Notes: generated from the sequence alone by a model not told the origin. A DNA stretch of 64,000 nt from Candidatus Yanofskybacteria bacterium RIFCSPHIGHO2_01_FULL_41_26 (GCA_001794055.1 MGJB01000006.1:90168-154167), one strand, 5' to 3'; positions 42,130 through 50,825 are shown, counted from the first letter of the stretch. Numbers and translations are program-made.

Positions 42130-43315
42130 TACATATTTTAGCATATTCAAAAGCCGAAGGACGAATTTTTCTGGCAAATGTCGCATAATCAATCTCAACT
42201 AATCCGAAACGCGGTCTAAAACCATATGCCCACTCGAAATTATCCAAAAGCGACCAGTATAAGTACCCTCGGATATCAACGCCGTCATGAATGGCCTGCC
42301 AAACCCATTTTAGATGTTCTTTTATAAATTTTCCACGCCGTTCGTCCTTGCTATCAGCAACTCCATTCTCGGTGATAAAAATAGGTTTTTTATACTTTTT
42401 AAGCTCCATGAGACGATGGTAAATACCTTTGGGATAGACGTCCCAATTCATTTCTGAGACAAAATCGACCCGCCGCAGTTCACGGGTGCCCGGCAAGCGC
42501 ACGGTCGTATAGTAATTTAAACCTATAAAATCCTGGTAGGGAAGAGTCTTATTCCAAAAGTATAAATTTACGAACTGATCCAAAAACTTTACTATTCCCT
42601 TGAACACCGGATGACTCATAATGTGTAAATTATTTTCAACTCCCCCAACGAGTGGTTCTATATTGTGCGACGTTGAATCATACAATCCTTGGTTTTTCGG
42701 TGAAACATCATAAACCCTCTTTATTTCCTGATAGGCGAGTGTATGCGACCGAACTATATTATTCCGAACCTTGATTGCTTTGAAAATATTATGTTTTTGC
42801 GGCGGCCATTGTCCTTTTAAATATGAGCCTCCGGCGTATATCCAAGGCTCATTAAAAGTTATCCACAGCCCTACTCTATCTTTTAAATTATCCACAACAT
42901 ACTTTACATATCTTGTAAATATTGTCGGACTATCAATGTTTAGGAATCCTCCTTTTTCGGCGAACCAGACGGGGTTAGTGAAATGCCAGAGAGTTATCAT
43001 CGGCTCAATCCCCCTCTCCTTCAAGGCCTTGACGACATTGACATAGTGATGCATAGCTTCATGGTCAAATATCCCCTCCTTCGGTTCTATGCGGGACCAC
43101 TCAATAGAGAAGCGGTGAATATTTTGATTTAAACTCTTAGCAATATCAAAATCTTCCTCGTAACGGTTGTAACTATCGCAGGCCTTTCCTGAACGAAATT
43201 CGGGCGGACGAGATTTCTCCCATTCGGACCAGTCATTGTAATTGTCTCCTTCTATCTGGTGGGCCGATGTGGTGCTCCCCCACTTGAATCCTTCAGGGAA
43301 TTGCATGTAAGACAT
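42092..43315 (-). CDS. Beta-glucosidase, glycoside hydrolase family 1
   Basis: FPEGFKWG, AHQIEG, RFSIEWSRI, TFNEP, ITENG, WSLLDNFEW. Confidence 0.92.
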   Translation of the reverse strand: MSYMQFPEGFKWGSTTSAHQIEGDNYNDWSEWEKSRPPEFRSGKACDSYNRYEEDFDIAKSLNQNIHRFSIEWSRIEPKEGIFDHEAMHHYVNVVKALKERGIEPMITLWHFTNPVWFAEKGGFLNIDSPTIFTRYVKYVVDNLKDRVGLWITFNEPWIYAGGSYLKGQWPPQKHNIFKAIKVRNNIVRSHTLAYQEIKRVYDVSPKNQGLYDSTSHNIEPLVGGVENNLHIMSHPVFKGIVKFLDQFVNLYFWNKTLPYQDFIGLNYYTTVRLPGTRELRRVDFVSEMNWDVYPKGIYHRLMELKKYKKPIFITENGVADSKDERRGKFIKEHLKWVWQAIHDGVDIRGYLYWSLLDNFEWAYGFRPRFGLVEIDYATFARKIRPSAFEYAKICRANAMDISQSRS

Positions 43316-43413
43316 GCTTTAATTCTAACCTTAAAAAACCCTTCGGCAAAGCACTTCGGCTGTGAGCTCAGTGTCGAACAGCTCAAGGTAAACAAAAAAC
43401 GGGTATTGCCCCG

Positions 43414-43980
43414 TTAATTTACTTTCACAACAGCAAGCCTGACCCTTCTTTCATTCTTATCCCAAACTAATCTTTTTATTACCGAAGAAAGCTCTTCTAC
43501 GCTCGAAAACTTTAAAACAAAAATGTCAGTTTCAATATCCCTTATCAGGCCCCCCGTCCTAATAAAAGAATGGGTGTCAGAATTTGGATTATCCAAATGG
43601 CCTAAAACATAATGCCCAAGCTCGTGAGCCAAATATGCGCGCTTTTGCCTATTATCAAAACTGATAATATTTGGCGGAAGAAAAAGTTGAAGAGTTTTAC
43701 CGTTGTCCTTATACTTTATCCCTGTATCAGAATATTCTGACAGCCTTATGTTTAACTCTATTAACGGCAACTTTCTACCATACTCCTTCTCTATGTCCAC
43801 GACTAGCTGTTCAGAAACCATCTTAACTTGCACAAAATCTTTCTGATAAAACTCCTCGATTGCTTCTTTGAGCCCCAAAAATGAAAGTGATAAGTAGATA
43901 TTAAAAGTAAAAGATCCGGCTAGAAATAATCCGACAACAAAGTAAGGAATTTTGACCATTCTCTTCGTCAAATTTCTCAA
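43414..43980 (-). CDS. Zinc metallopeptidase (M48-like)
   Basis: AYLAHELGH HExxH motif with downstream E..D; N-terminal TM. Confidence 0.6.
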   Translation of the reverse strand: MRNLTKRMVKIPYFVVGLFLAGSFTFNIYLSLSFLGLKEAIEEFYQKDFVQVKMVSEQLVVDIEKEYGRKLPLIELNIRLSEYSDTGIKYKDNGKTLQLFLPPNIISFDNRQKRAYLAHELGHYVLGHLDNPNSDTHSFIRTGGLIRDIETDIFVLKFSSVEELSSVIKRLVWDKNERRVRLAVVKVN

Positions 43981-44044
43981 TTGAGATCCCTTCCTTGTAA
44001 ATCAAAATCTACCCCAATAATAAGCCTTTTCACAAAAATAGCAA

Positions 44045-44578
44045 TCACCTGCTAGATGCTTGAACGGCTAAGAGCTCCACTTCAAAAACAAGAGTTGAAT
44101 TTGGAGGAATTAATCCGTTGCCCACATTTTGAGAGCCATAGCCAAGCGAAGGAGGGACTATCAGTTTTCTATTGCCTCCAATTTTCATACCGGGAATACC
44201 AATATCCCAGCCCTTGATTAACTGGCCAACTCCGATTTGAAAGGTCGCCGGTCCGCCGTGTTTTGCAGATGCATCAAAGACGGTACCATTTTCCAAAGAA
44301 CCGATATAATTCACGGTTATGGTATCCCCCGCCTTGGCCTCAGAACCGGTACCAACTTTCAAATCTTGAATTTGTAATCCATTTTCCATTTGTATAATTT
44401 TATTGTTTTCAGGTGGTATTGGTGTCGGAGTCGGCGACGGACTGACGCTTGTTATAGGGCTTGGACTAGCCGTAGTGTTTTGATCAACCTGAATGTTATT
44501 TATTTTTCTATAAAAAATGAATGCAACAATACCGAACAAGATGACAACAATCGTGATAGCAAAAATAGATTTGGTCAT
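44045..44578 (-). CDS. FKBP-type peptidyl-prolyl isomerase, membrane anchored
   Basis: VNYIG.L.NGTVFD, LIKGWD.G, RKLIVPPSLGYG, IPPNSTLVFEVELL. Confidence 0.93.
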   Translation of the reverse strand: MTKSIFAITIVVILFGIVAFIFYRKINNIQVDQNTTASPSPITSVSPSPTPTPIPPENNKIIQMENGLQIQDLKVGTGSEAKAGDTITVNYIGSLENGTVFDASAKHGGPATFQIGVGQLIKGWDIGIPGMKIGGNRKLIVPPSLGYGSQNVGNGLIPPNSTLVFEVELLAVQASSR

Positions 44579-44590
44579 TAACAAATGATA

Positions 44591-45556
44591 TCAAAGTGGC
44601 CTGGGTTTTTCAATTTTGAGTAAATCCGGATCGATGGTGCGCTGAAAACACGTCCTTTCAGCATTATATTTCCAGGTTTGCATCTCGCCCCCCGAATACG
44701 GATACATCATAGGGACGGCTTTTGGGCTGGCAGTATTTATATCCGAACTTGATGTTTCAAATGTCGCGCAAAGTTCAAATTTCAAACTACCCAGAGTTTT
44801 GTATTCATAAGCCACACCCGTTTTGGGATCTCTCGGAATCACTATGCCCAAAATATCATTGGCCATCTCATCTAAATTCTTGGGCAATTCATTTTTCTTC
44901 TGCCAATAATTAACAATCTGGCCTTGCAAAGAAGAAAGGTCCTGGACCCGTCTTTCGTCAAACCTTACTGTTCTTTGATTCTGGGGCGAACCGGCCACAA
45001 AGAAACCAAACACTATCGCAAGCACAACAATAGCAACTACAATCCATGTATAAATCTTCATTCCATCAAATCTTTTCTTAGGTTTGGTTTTTAATTCACG
45101 CAGTTCAAAATAATAATGAGAAAACACAGAACCAGCTACGAAGAAAATGGTCAAGACCTTAAGAACAAATCTAGCCGTCAACTCACCTTCCAAAAAAGTA
45201 TTGATCAAGGCAACCAAGTCCCCTATTATCACCAAGGCGGCCGCAAAAACCGTCAAATACAAAAGCCATCTTCTTATCTTCAATTCGCGCTTTTCCGGAT
45301 TTTCCTCAATATCTTTTTTCAAAAACCTTGAAACCCAGATATATAAGGGGAAAATAACTATCAAGGTTGCTAAAGATTGCCGAATTGATCCGTAATAGTT
45401 TGATGGCGAAAAGTAATAGTCATTTAAAAGATCGGGAAAATAGACATTAATGTACTGAAAAACTAATATCCCAAAACTGATAGCACTGGCTATCAAAGTA
45501 ATTATTGACAACAGATACAGAAAGACGTCGCGAGGCAAATTTTTGTTTATATCCAT
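44591..45556 (-). CDS. DUF5671-like membrane protein
   Basis: PRDVFLYLL, IRRWLLYLT, GSP..QR...DERRVQDL, DPKTG..YEY..FELCATF. Confidence 0.65.
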   Translation of the reverse strand: MDINKNLPRDVFLYLLSIITLIASAISFGILVFQYINVYFPDLLNDYYFSPSNYYGSIRQSLATLIVIFPLYIWVSRFLKKDIEENPEKRELKIRRWLLYLTVFAAALVIIGDLVALINTFLEGELTARFVLKVLTIFFVAGSVFSHYYFELRELKTKPKKRFDGMKIYTWIVVAIVVLAIVFGFFVAGSPQNQRTVRFDERRVQDLSSLQGQIVNYWQKKNELPKNLDEMANDILGIVIPRDPKTGVAYEYKTLGSLKFELCATFETSSSDINTASPKAVPMMYPYSGGEMQTWKYNAERTCFQRTIDPDLLKIEKPRPL

Positions 45557-45565
45557 AATATAATT

Positions 45566-45907
45566 TTATCTTAATTCTGTGCCAAGAGCAACCTCTTTTT
45601 CGGGTATAATTAAGATTGGGCCAGTTTTACTGTTAGCGGCCAGAACCATGCCTTGACTTTCCAGACCCATCAAAGATCGGGGTTCAAGGTTGGCAACAAT
45701 AACAATTTGTTTGCCGATTAAATCTTCAGGATTATAGGCCTTTCCGATTCCGGCAATTACCTGCCTGCCGGCAGGTAGGTTTGCCTTTTCTTCTGGACCT
45801 AAGTCGAGTATTAATCTGAGTAACTTTTCCGAACCATCAACACTCTCGGCTGAAACAACTTTTGCCACTTTCAACTCAACTTTTTTGAATTCATCAATAG
45901 TTATCAT
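45566..45907 (-). CDS. tRNA-binding OB domain (MetG C-terminal/Trbp111-like)
   Basis: ITIDEFKKVELKV, GSEKLL, VANLEPR.LMGLESQGMVLAA. Confidence 0.88.
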   Translation of the reverse strand: MITIDEFKKVELKVAKVVSAESVDGSEKLLRLILDLGPEEKANLPAGRQVIAGIGKAYNPEDLIGKQIVIVANLEPRSLMGLESQGMVLAANSKTGPILIIPEKEVALGTELR

Positions 45908-46001
45908 ACTTTATGGTAGTTTACAAAAAGTGATGATTGTGGCTAAGAAGAACGTTCGGAGGCTACCCCGGGCCGAGATAGAGCAAAAACCCAGCAGAGT
46001 T

Positions 46002-46505
46002 TTATGTGTTCTTCGCGACACGATCATCACTTTTTGTAAGTCCTGCTTTTTTGAATTCTGTTAATTTAACTCCAGTCTTTTTGGACAAAGTAAGGACGGC
46101 TTTAGATGCCTCATAGCGAGACATATAAAAATTACCGTAAACAACCTCTTTTATTCCTGCATTGACCATCACTTTAAAACAATCATAGCAAGGTGAAATA
46201 GTCAGATAAATTGAGGCGCCTTCAATAGGAGTTCCATTCTTGGCCGCTTGGGCTATAGCATTAGCTTCAGCGTGAGCCGTTCTGATGCAATGTCCGTCAA
46301 TAATTTCATGGCCGATATCATCACAGTGGGCCAAACCTCGGGGGGCACCATTATATCCGGTCGACAAAATTACTTTATTCTTAGCAATCACAGCTCCGAC
46401 ATGAGCGCGGTCGCAAGTTGAACGCTTCGCAACCACTTTTGCTATTTCAAGAAAATACTCATCCCAAGACGGTCTTTTGTTGAGTTTCGATTTCGGCTTT
46501 GGCAT
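46002..46505 (-). CDS. dCMP deaminase (ComEB-like)
   Basis: RPSWDEYF, RSTC, TGYNG, HAEANA, PCYDC. Confidence 0.9.
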   Translation of the reverse strand: MPKPKSKLNKRPSWDEYFLEIAKVVAKRSTCDRAHVGAVIAKNKVILSTGYNGAPRGLAHCDDIGHEIIDGHCIRTAHAEANAIAQAAKNGTPIEGASIYLTISPCYDCFKVMVNAGIKEVVYGNFYMSRYEASKAVLTLSKKTGVKLTEFKKAGLTKSDDRVAKNT

Positions 46506-46532
46506 GTTTTTAGATTAACAAATATTTTTTAT

Positions 46533-46568
46533 TAAAACAAAGAGCCGAGTCTCACTCAAGCTCGGCTC
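46533..46568 (-). terminator. Intrinsic terminator ending the 48.1-46.5 kb transcript
   Basis: GAGCCGAG/CTCGGCTC stem followed by UUUGUUUUA on the minus strand. Confidence 0.7.
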
Positions 46569-46603
46569 GAATTCTTCATTTCCTCTCCTTTTAAGTCTGA
46601 AGT

Positions 46604-46680
46604 TGGCGGGCCATGAAGGATTTTTACCTTCACCTTTCGGTTTTGGAGACCGATCGCTCTGTCTTTTAAGCTACTGACCC
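46604..46680 (-). tRNA. tRNA-Trp(CCA), atypical/degenerate
   Basis: Cloverleaf with TCGGT-CT-CCA-AA-ACCGA anticodon arm, G73, encoded CCA; T-loop TAAAAAT, D-loop lacks GG. Confidence 0.7.
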
Positions 46681-46855
46681 AAAATTGTGAAAAAACGAGG
46701 GAGGGAATCCGTGGGCGCTCCGCACACCTCCGGGGAGCATGCCCCAAAGGTGCGTATTACTCTCGGATTTTCCACAATTCCCTCCCACCAAAATCCTGAG
46801 CTTAGTCTAAGGACTTTTGTGGGAGACCGAGCACATTGTGCTCGGTCGGATGACG

Positions 46856-47176
46856 CTACAGGTAGCGCTTGAAGGCCTGGCGGGCGGCCATGGTTCGCTC
46901 GGCGCGGCGCCGTTCCATCTCGACTACCGTTTGCGGGTAGCGATAGAAACGGAGACCGGCCTTGCGACCCAGAGCTGCGCACCGACCACAGTGGATGTGA
47001 TCGGCCAGATCCTTGGCCATGGAAGGCCAGCGACCGGCCATCCTGCGTATGGCGGCCAGCGTCGGCACCCAGGCCTCGGCCTGCGTCAGCTTCGCCGTGC
47101 ACGGCTTGCCCGGATAGGGCTCGCCATGACACACAAAGGGCTTCGCCGGCACAACAATGGAAACTTGCTCTGTCAT
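46856..47176 (-). CDS. Small basic Cys/His-containing hypothetical protein
   Basis: AGGAGGT SD before ATG; CHGEPYPGKPC...HIHCGRC. Confidence 0.6.
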   Translation of the reverse strand: MTEQVSIVVPAKPFVCHGEPYPGKPCTAKLTQAEAWVPTLAAIRRMAGRWPSMAKDLADHIHCGRCAALGRKAGLRFYRYPQTVVEMERRRAERTMAARQAFKRYL

Positions 47177-47333
47177 CTGACCTCCTAAAAAGAACTGGTT
47201 AAACTACTCCCATCAAAATGTTCAAAATCGAGCTTTTAACATTTTGATGGGATGGGGAGAATTGCCTGTTCTACTCTCCCCCTTTGCCTGTTTATTTTTC
47301 GTCGGACACAGCAGGCTCCGACTAGGGTACCCG

Positions 47334-47591
47334 CTAGTTCAAATGAATCAAACTAGCGAACCACTGCGGTCCTAATACCCTAATGCCGTTTTCCCTTGCA
47401 AGCTCTCGTAGAGCCGCAAGTTCATCGACATAAGGAGTAAGAACTTCACCCCCATTCATCCGTTCCACCTTTCGGAAGAACTTTTGAATAGAAGCGCAGT
47501 AGTTAAATAACTCCAGCGCAGGTCTTACCTGACCATCTGGAGCTGGTACCCAGCTGAAAGTGGGCTTCCGCCCACCCTTCGGCTTGTACAT
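47334..47591 (-). CDS. Hypothetical protein (85 aa)
   Basis: Open frame within the transcription unit; no clear SD. Confidence 0.35.
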   Translation of the reverse strand: MYKPKGGRKPTFSWVPAPDGQVRPALELFNYCASIQKFFRKVERMNGGEVLTPYVDELAALRELARENGIRVLGPQWFASLIHLN

Positions 47592-47639
47592 ATCATGAAA
47601 AGAACTCTTCGACTCACTCTGTTCGCTCAGAGCAAGCCC

Positions 47640-48000
47640 GGGAGGGATGGTGGTGGGCGCTGGACCGTAGCTCGCAAGCAGCGAGCTTCAGGCATTCGCG
47701 ATCCATTTGGGTTCACCTGATACCAAGCCGTCGCCGTCACGGAAGGCCTAGCCCCCGCGGCATACGATCGGTCTCTTGGCTAGGTTCCGCACAACGCTCG
47801 CTTGCTAAACGAGGGTCCCCAATGCGGTATTCCTGCCACGCCATTCACCACATCCCCCTACTTAAACTGATTCTGCCACCAATGCAATGAACATGCACCT
47901 CGACAGAGAGTTTTACCGGCTAAAGCACGGTACACTCCGAGACAAGAATAATCAGCTTAAGCAGGAGGACGTGATGGTCATCAAACCACTGCCCCCTCCT
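47640..48000 (-). ncRNA. Candidate structured ncRNA, family not recognised
   Basis: 27-bp helix 47846-47872/47950-47976 with five G-U pairs only on the minus strand; multiple internal stems. Confidence 0.6.
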
Positions 48001-48121
48001 ACTCTACCTACTTTTATAAAGTTTGGCTAAAGAGCTCAGAACCGATTTGAGGGTCCGGTATATTTGTTTAACGGTTGCCTCTCAATTTGATCGTTTCCTC
48101 TTTCTTTAACCTTACGGCAAG

Positions 48122-48150
48122 ATACTATCACAAAACAAAAATCTTGTCAA
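48122..48150 (-). promoter_or_regulatory. Sigma70 promoter
   Basis: Minus strand TTGACA-17 nt-TAGTAT. Confidence 0.75.
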
Positions 48151-48302
48151 GTCCTTTTGACATTTTAAAACTAAAAAACATCAAAAACTGGCTTAGAATA
48201 TAGATTATTTTACTACTATATTTTGTCAGTAAAAACTGAATTTATACTCAAGATCAGACCTCAAATAAATTTCCCGAGGACCGTCCTCGGTGTCAACAAA
48301 GC

Positions 48303-48331
48303 TTGACAAAATAAATAAAGTAGAATATAAT
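48303..48331 (+). promoter_or_regulatory. Perfect consensus sigma70 promoter
   Basis: TTGACA-17 nt-TATAAT. Confidence 0.85.
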
Positions 48332-48472
48332 AGTAGACGATGGCAGGACAGGAGTTCTGCCTTCAGGAAAGGAGGATTCATCGTGGGAGCTCTATAAAGA
48401 CCTTATTTATAGACCTACGAAAATAAAGTAGTAAAAAATGGTCGTCCTAAAATCCACTTTCAGACACGAGAG

Positions 48473-48496
48473 GGCCCCGCTACGGGGCCATTTTTT
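48473..48496 (+). terminator. Intrinsic terminator
   Basis: GGCCCCG-CTA-CGGGGCC-ATTTTTT. Confidence 0.75.
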
Positions 48497-48538
48497 AAAA
48501 TCATTGTCCAATCAAATTATTTCTAATACAATTAATAT

Positions 48539-49282
48539 ATGTTTGAAAAGTTACGACATCTAGGACTTTCTGAAAACGAAGCCAAAATATATATGGCCAT
48601 GTTGGAGTTGGGCCCTTCAATAGTAGTTGAAATTGCAAGAAAATCCCAAATCAACAGACCGACTTCTTATGTTCAGATTGAATCCCTCAAGAAAAAAGGG
48701 CTTGTCAGCACTCAAATAAAAGGCAAAAAACAATACTTCATGGCCGAATCTCCCGATAAATTAGAACTCCTGATAGATAGTGAGTTCAAAACACTTGAAA
48801 ACAAAAAAAGTGAACTAAATACTTTTTTGCCGGAATTACTGAATCTTTTTAATAGTTCTGATCAGAGACCGCATGTTAAATTCTTTGAAGGCAAAGAAGG
48901 TGTTTTGGCTTTGCAAAAAGAATTTTTAAAAACAGATGATACTCCTATACTTGGAATCACATCTCTAGATAACGTATTTGAAGTATTCCCTGAATTTGAA
49001 AATACTTACATAAAGAAAAGAGTCCAAAAGAAAATATCTTCCCGAACGATTTATACTTCCAAGAAAGGCCCCATATTAAAAGAATCGGACGAGACAAGCT
49101 TACGAGAATCCAAATACGTTGAGCCGAATCAATTGCCTCTCGGAATTGATATCACTGTTTTCAAAAACAAGGTTGCCATTGCAGCCCTTAAGGGTAAAAT
49201 ATCCGGAACCCTAATCGAACACGAAGAAGTTGCCGATTCTTTCAGGGCAATTTTTGAACTTGTTTGGAGTAAAATAGATTAA
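48539..49282 (+). CDS. TrmB family transcriptional regulator
   Basis: LGLSENEAKIY..LLELG, RPTSY...L.KKGLV, PHVKFFEGKEG. Confidence 0.85.
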   Translation: MFEKLRHLGLSENEAKIYMAMLELGPSIVVEIARKSQINRPTSYVQIESLKKKGLVSTQIKGKKQYFMAESPDKLELLIDSEFKTLENKKSELNTFLPELLNLFNSSDQRPHVKFFEGKEGVLALQKEFLKTDDTPILGITSLDNVFEVFPEFENTYIKKRVQKKISSRTIYTSKKGPILKESDETSLRESKYVEPNQLPLGIDITVFKNKVAIAALKGKISGTLIEHEEVADSFRAIFELVWSKID

Positions 49283-49291
49283 AAATCAAAC

Positions 49292-49552
49292 TTACAGTCC
49301 TTGTAGGTCTTTGTCTATCGCATCAAATTCTGAATTTAAATCTCCTACATCAACACTGTTTATATCCTGATTAATGGCGGCAGCCTCGACATCAGGCGTA
49401 GGACTAACCTGAACTTGTGGAGGAACTGACACTTCTCTCATCCACCACACCAAAGCAAGTAATACCACTACTCCGGCTACAACAGTAATTAAAACTGTTT
49501 TTTTGTTACCATCCGAAGAATAATCTGCCATGTTATTTTGTGTATTTTCCAT
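49292..49552 (-). CDS. Small membrane-anchored acidic protein
   Basis: One TM; C-terminal DLNSEFDAIDKDLQGL. Confidence 0.6.
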   Translation of the reverse strand: MENTQNNMADYSSDGNKKTVLITVVAGVVVLLALVWWMREVSVPPQVQVSPTPDVEAAAINQDINSVDVGDLNSEFDAIDKDLQGL

Positions 49553-49571
49553 GTTTGTTTAGTTGGTTATT

Positions 49572-50438
49572 TTATTGAACTGGAGTCGCTTGCGGTGAGC
49601 TTGTCGAAGCCGGACTCGGAGAAATTGAAGGTGATGTTGTTGGCGTTGGCGAAATTTTGGGCTTAACAACAAGCTGAGCCAGTGCTACGGCCGCATCTTT
49701 AACAGCTGAATGAGCAGCCTTGACTGCGTCTCTTACTTCGACTAAATCGGCGCCAAGAGATTGGCGAGCTTTGCCGACATCAACCTTCAAAGCGCTTTCA
49801 CTGGTAACTTTGATTGTATATGTCTTTCCAGACTGAGTTTCTACAGCTGTGCGGGCCAATGCAATAGCAGTGATAGCCTTTTCTGCCGCCAAACGAACCT
49901 CTGAAACATCAAGCCCTCTTTCTGTAGAAACCCTATCGGCTCTCTTACTGACTCTAACCATCATTTCCTCAAGCTTGTCCAACACATTAGAAAAATGCTG
50001 TACCATTTTTTCATTTAATGCATCCATTCGCTGGTCTATTCGCTCCACAGTTTCTTTCTTGCGTACATCTTTAATTTTTTCAAGACGTGTTTTAAGTTCT
50101 TCTCTTTTAGTCTTGATTTCATCTTTCAATGCTTCTCTTTTTGTTTTGACTGTTTCCTTAAATTCTTCTCTGCGTTTTTGGATATCTTCCCTTACCGCTT
50201 CTGTTGTGTTTTTAAGTTCAGCTTTTGCATCCTTAATCTCAACCCTCACTTTAGTTTTAGCATCTTTGATATTCTTCTGAAGTTGATCTTTCTGCTCTCG
50301 CATTTTGACTTTAACTGCTGGAGAAGCAGACACATTCGTGGGAAGAATAGACACATTCTTATTCGAATCTTCAGCCAAAGCTAAATAACTCACTGACAAA
50401 ACACCGACCAAAACCGAAGAAATAATATATTTATTCAT
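49572..50438 (-). CDS. Secreted coiled-coil protein
   Basis: Signal peptide; K/E/R heptads; S/P/T tail. Confidence 0.7.
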   Translation of the reverse strand: MNKYIISSVLVGVLSVSYLALAEDSNKNVSILPTNVSASPAVKVKMREQKDQLQKNIKDAKTKVRVEIKDAKAELKNTTEAVREDIQKRREEFKETVKTKREALKDEIKTKREELKTRLEKIKDVRKKETVERIDQRMDALNEKMVQHFSNVLDKLEEMMVRVSKRADRVSTERGLDVSEVRLAAEKAITAIALARTAVETQSGKTYTIKVTSESALKVDVGKARQSLGADLVEVRDAVKAAHSAVKDAAVALAQLVVKPKISPTPTTSPSISPSPASTSSPQATPVQ

Positions 50439-50472
50439 TTTGTTTATATTGTTTGTTAATTTTAAATTATTT

Positions 50473-50730
50473 TTAATTTAAATCCAATTCATCCAACAAT
50501 TTACCCAGCTCATTAAGTTCCTGATCAACCGATGCGTTTTCTCTCAAGTCTCTTTCCTGGCTTCGGACAACTGAATATATTGAGGCGTTCAGGATTTCAA
50601 ATTCTGTATTAGCTTGGTGAAATTGCAAGCTTAAAGAAATTGCCACGCCAAAAATAGCAATCAAGGCCAAAACCAAATGAAAATCAAGCTGTTTTTCCAA
50701 TAAATTCATGAAATTCCTCATTGACTTCAT
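50473..50730 (-). CDS. Small membrane protein
   Basis: One TM; acidic tail VDQELNELGKLLDELDL. Confidence 0.55.
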   Translation of the reverse strand: MKSMRNFMNLLEKQLDFHLVLALIAIFGVAISLSLQFHQANTEFEILNASIYSVVRSQERDLRENASVDQELNELGKLLDELDLN

Positions 50731-50825
50731 TTTAATAGAAAACCAAAGAAATACAAAACGAATTTGTTTATAACTAATTTGTGTGATTTAATTACGGCAA
50801 CTGTTATTTAAAAACGGCTTTCGCA

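Noticed and set aside
42859-42896. DnaA boxes in GH1 as REP remnants
   Set aside because: One overlaps the conserved WITFNEP codons and there is no REP core; may be coincidental
47640-47860. tmRNA, RNase P, SRP RNA or group II intron
   Set aside because: Lacks tRNA-like termini with TTCGA, GAGGAAAGTCC, the SRP GGAA helix and a domain V motif
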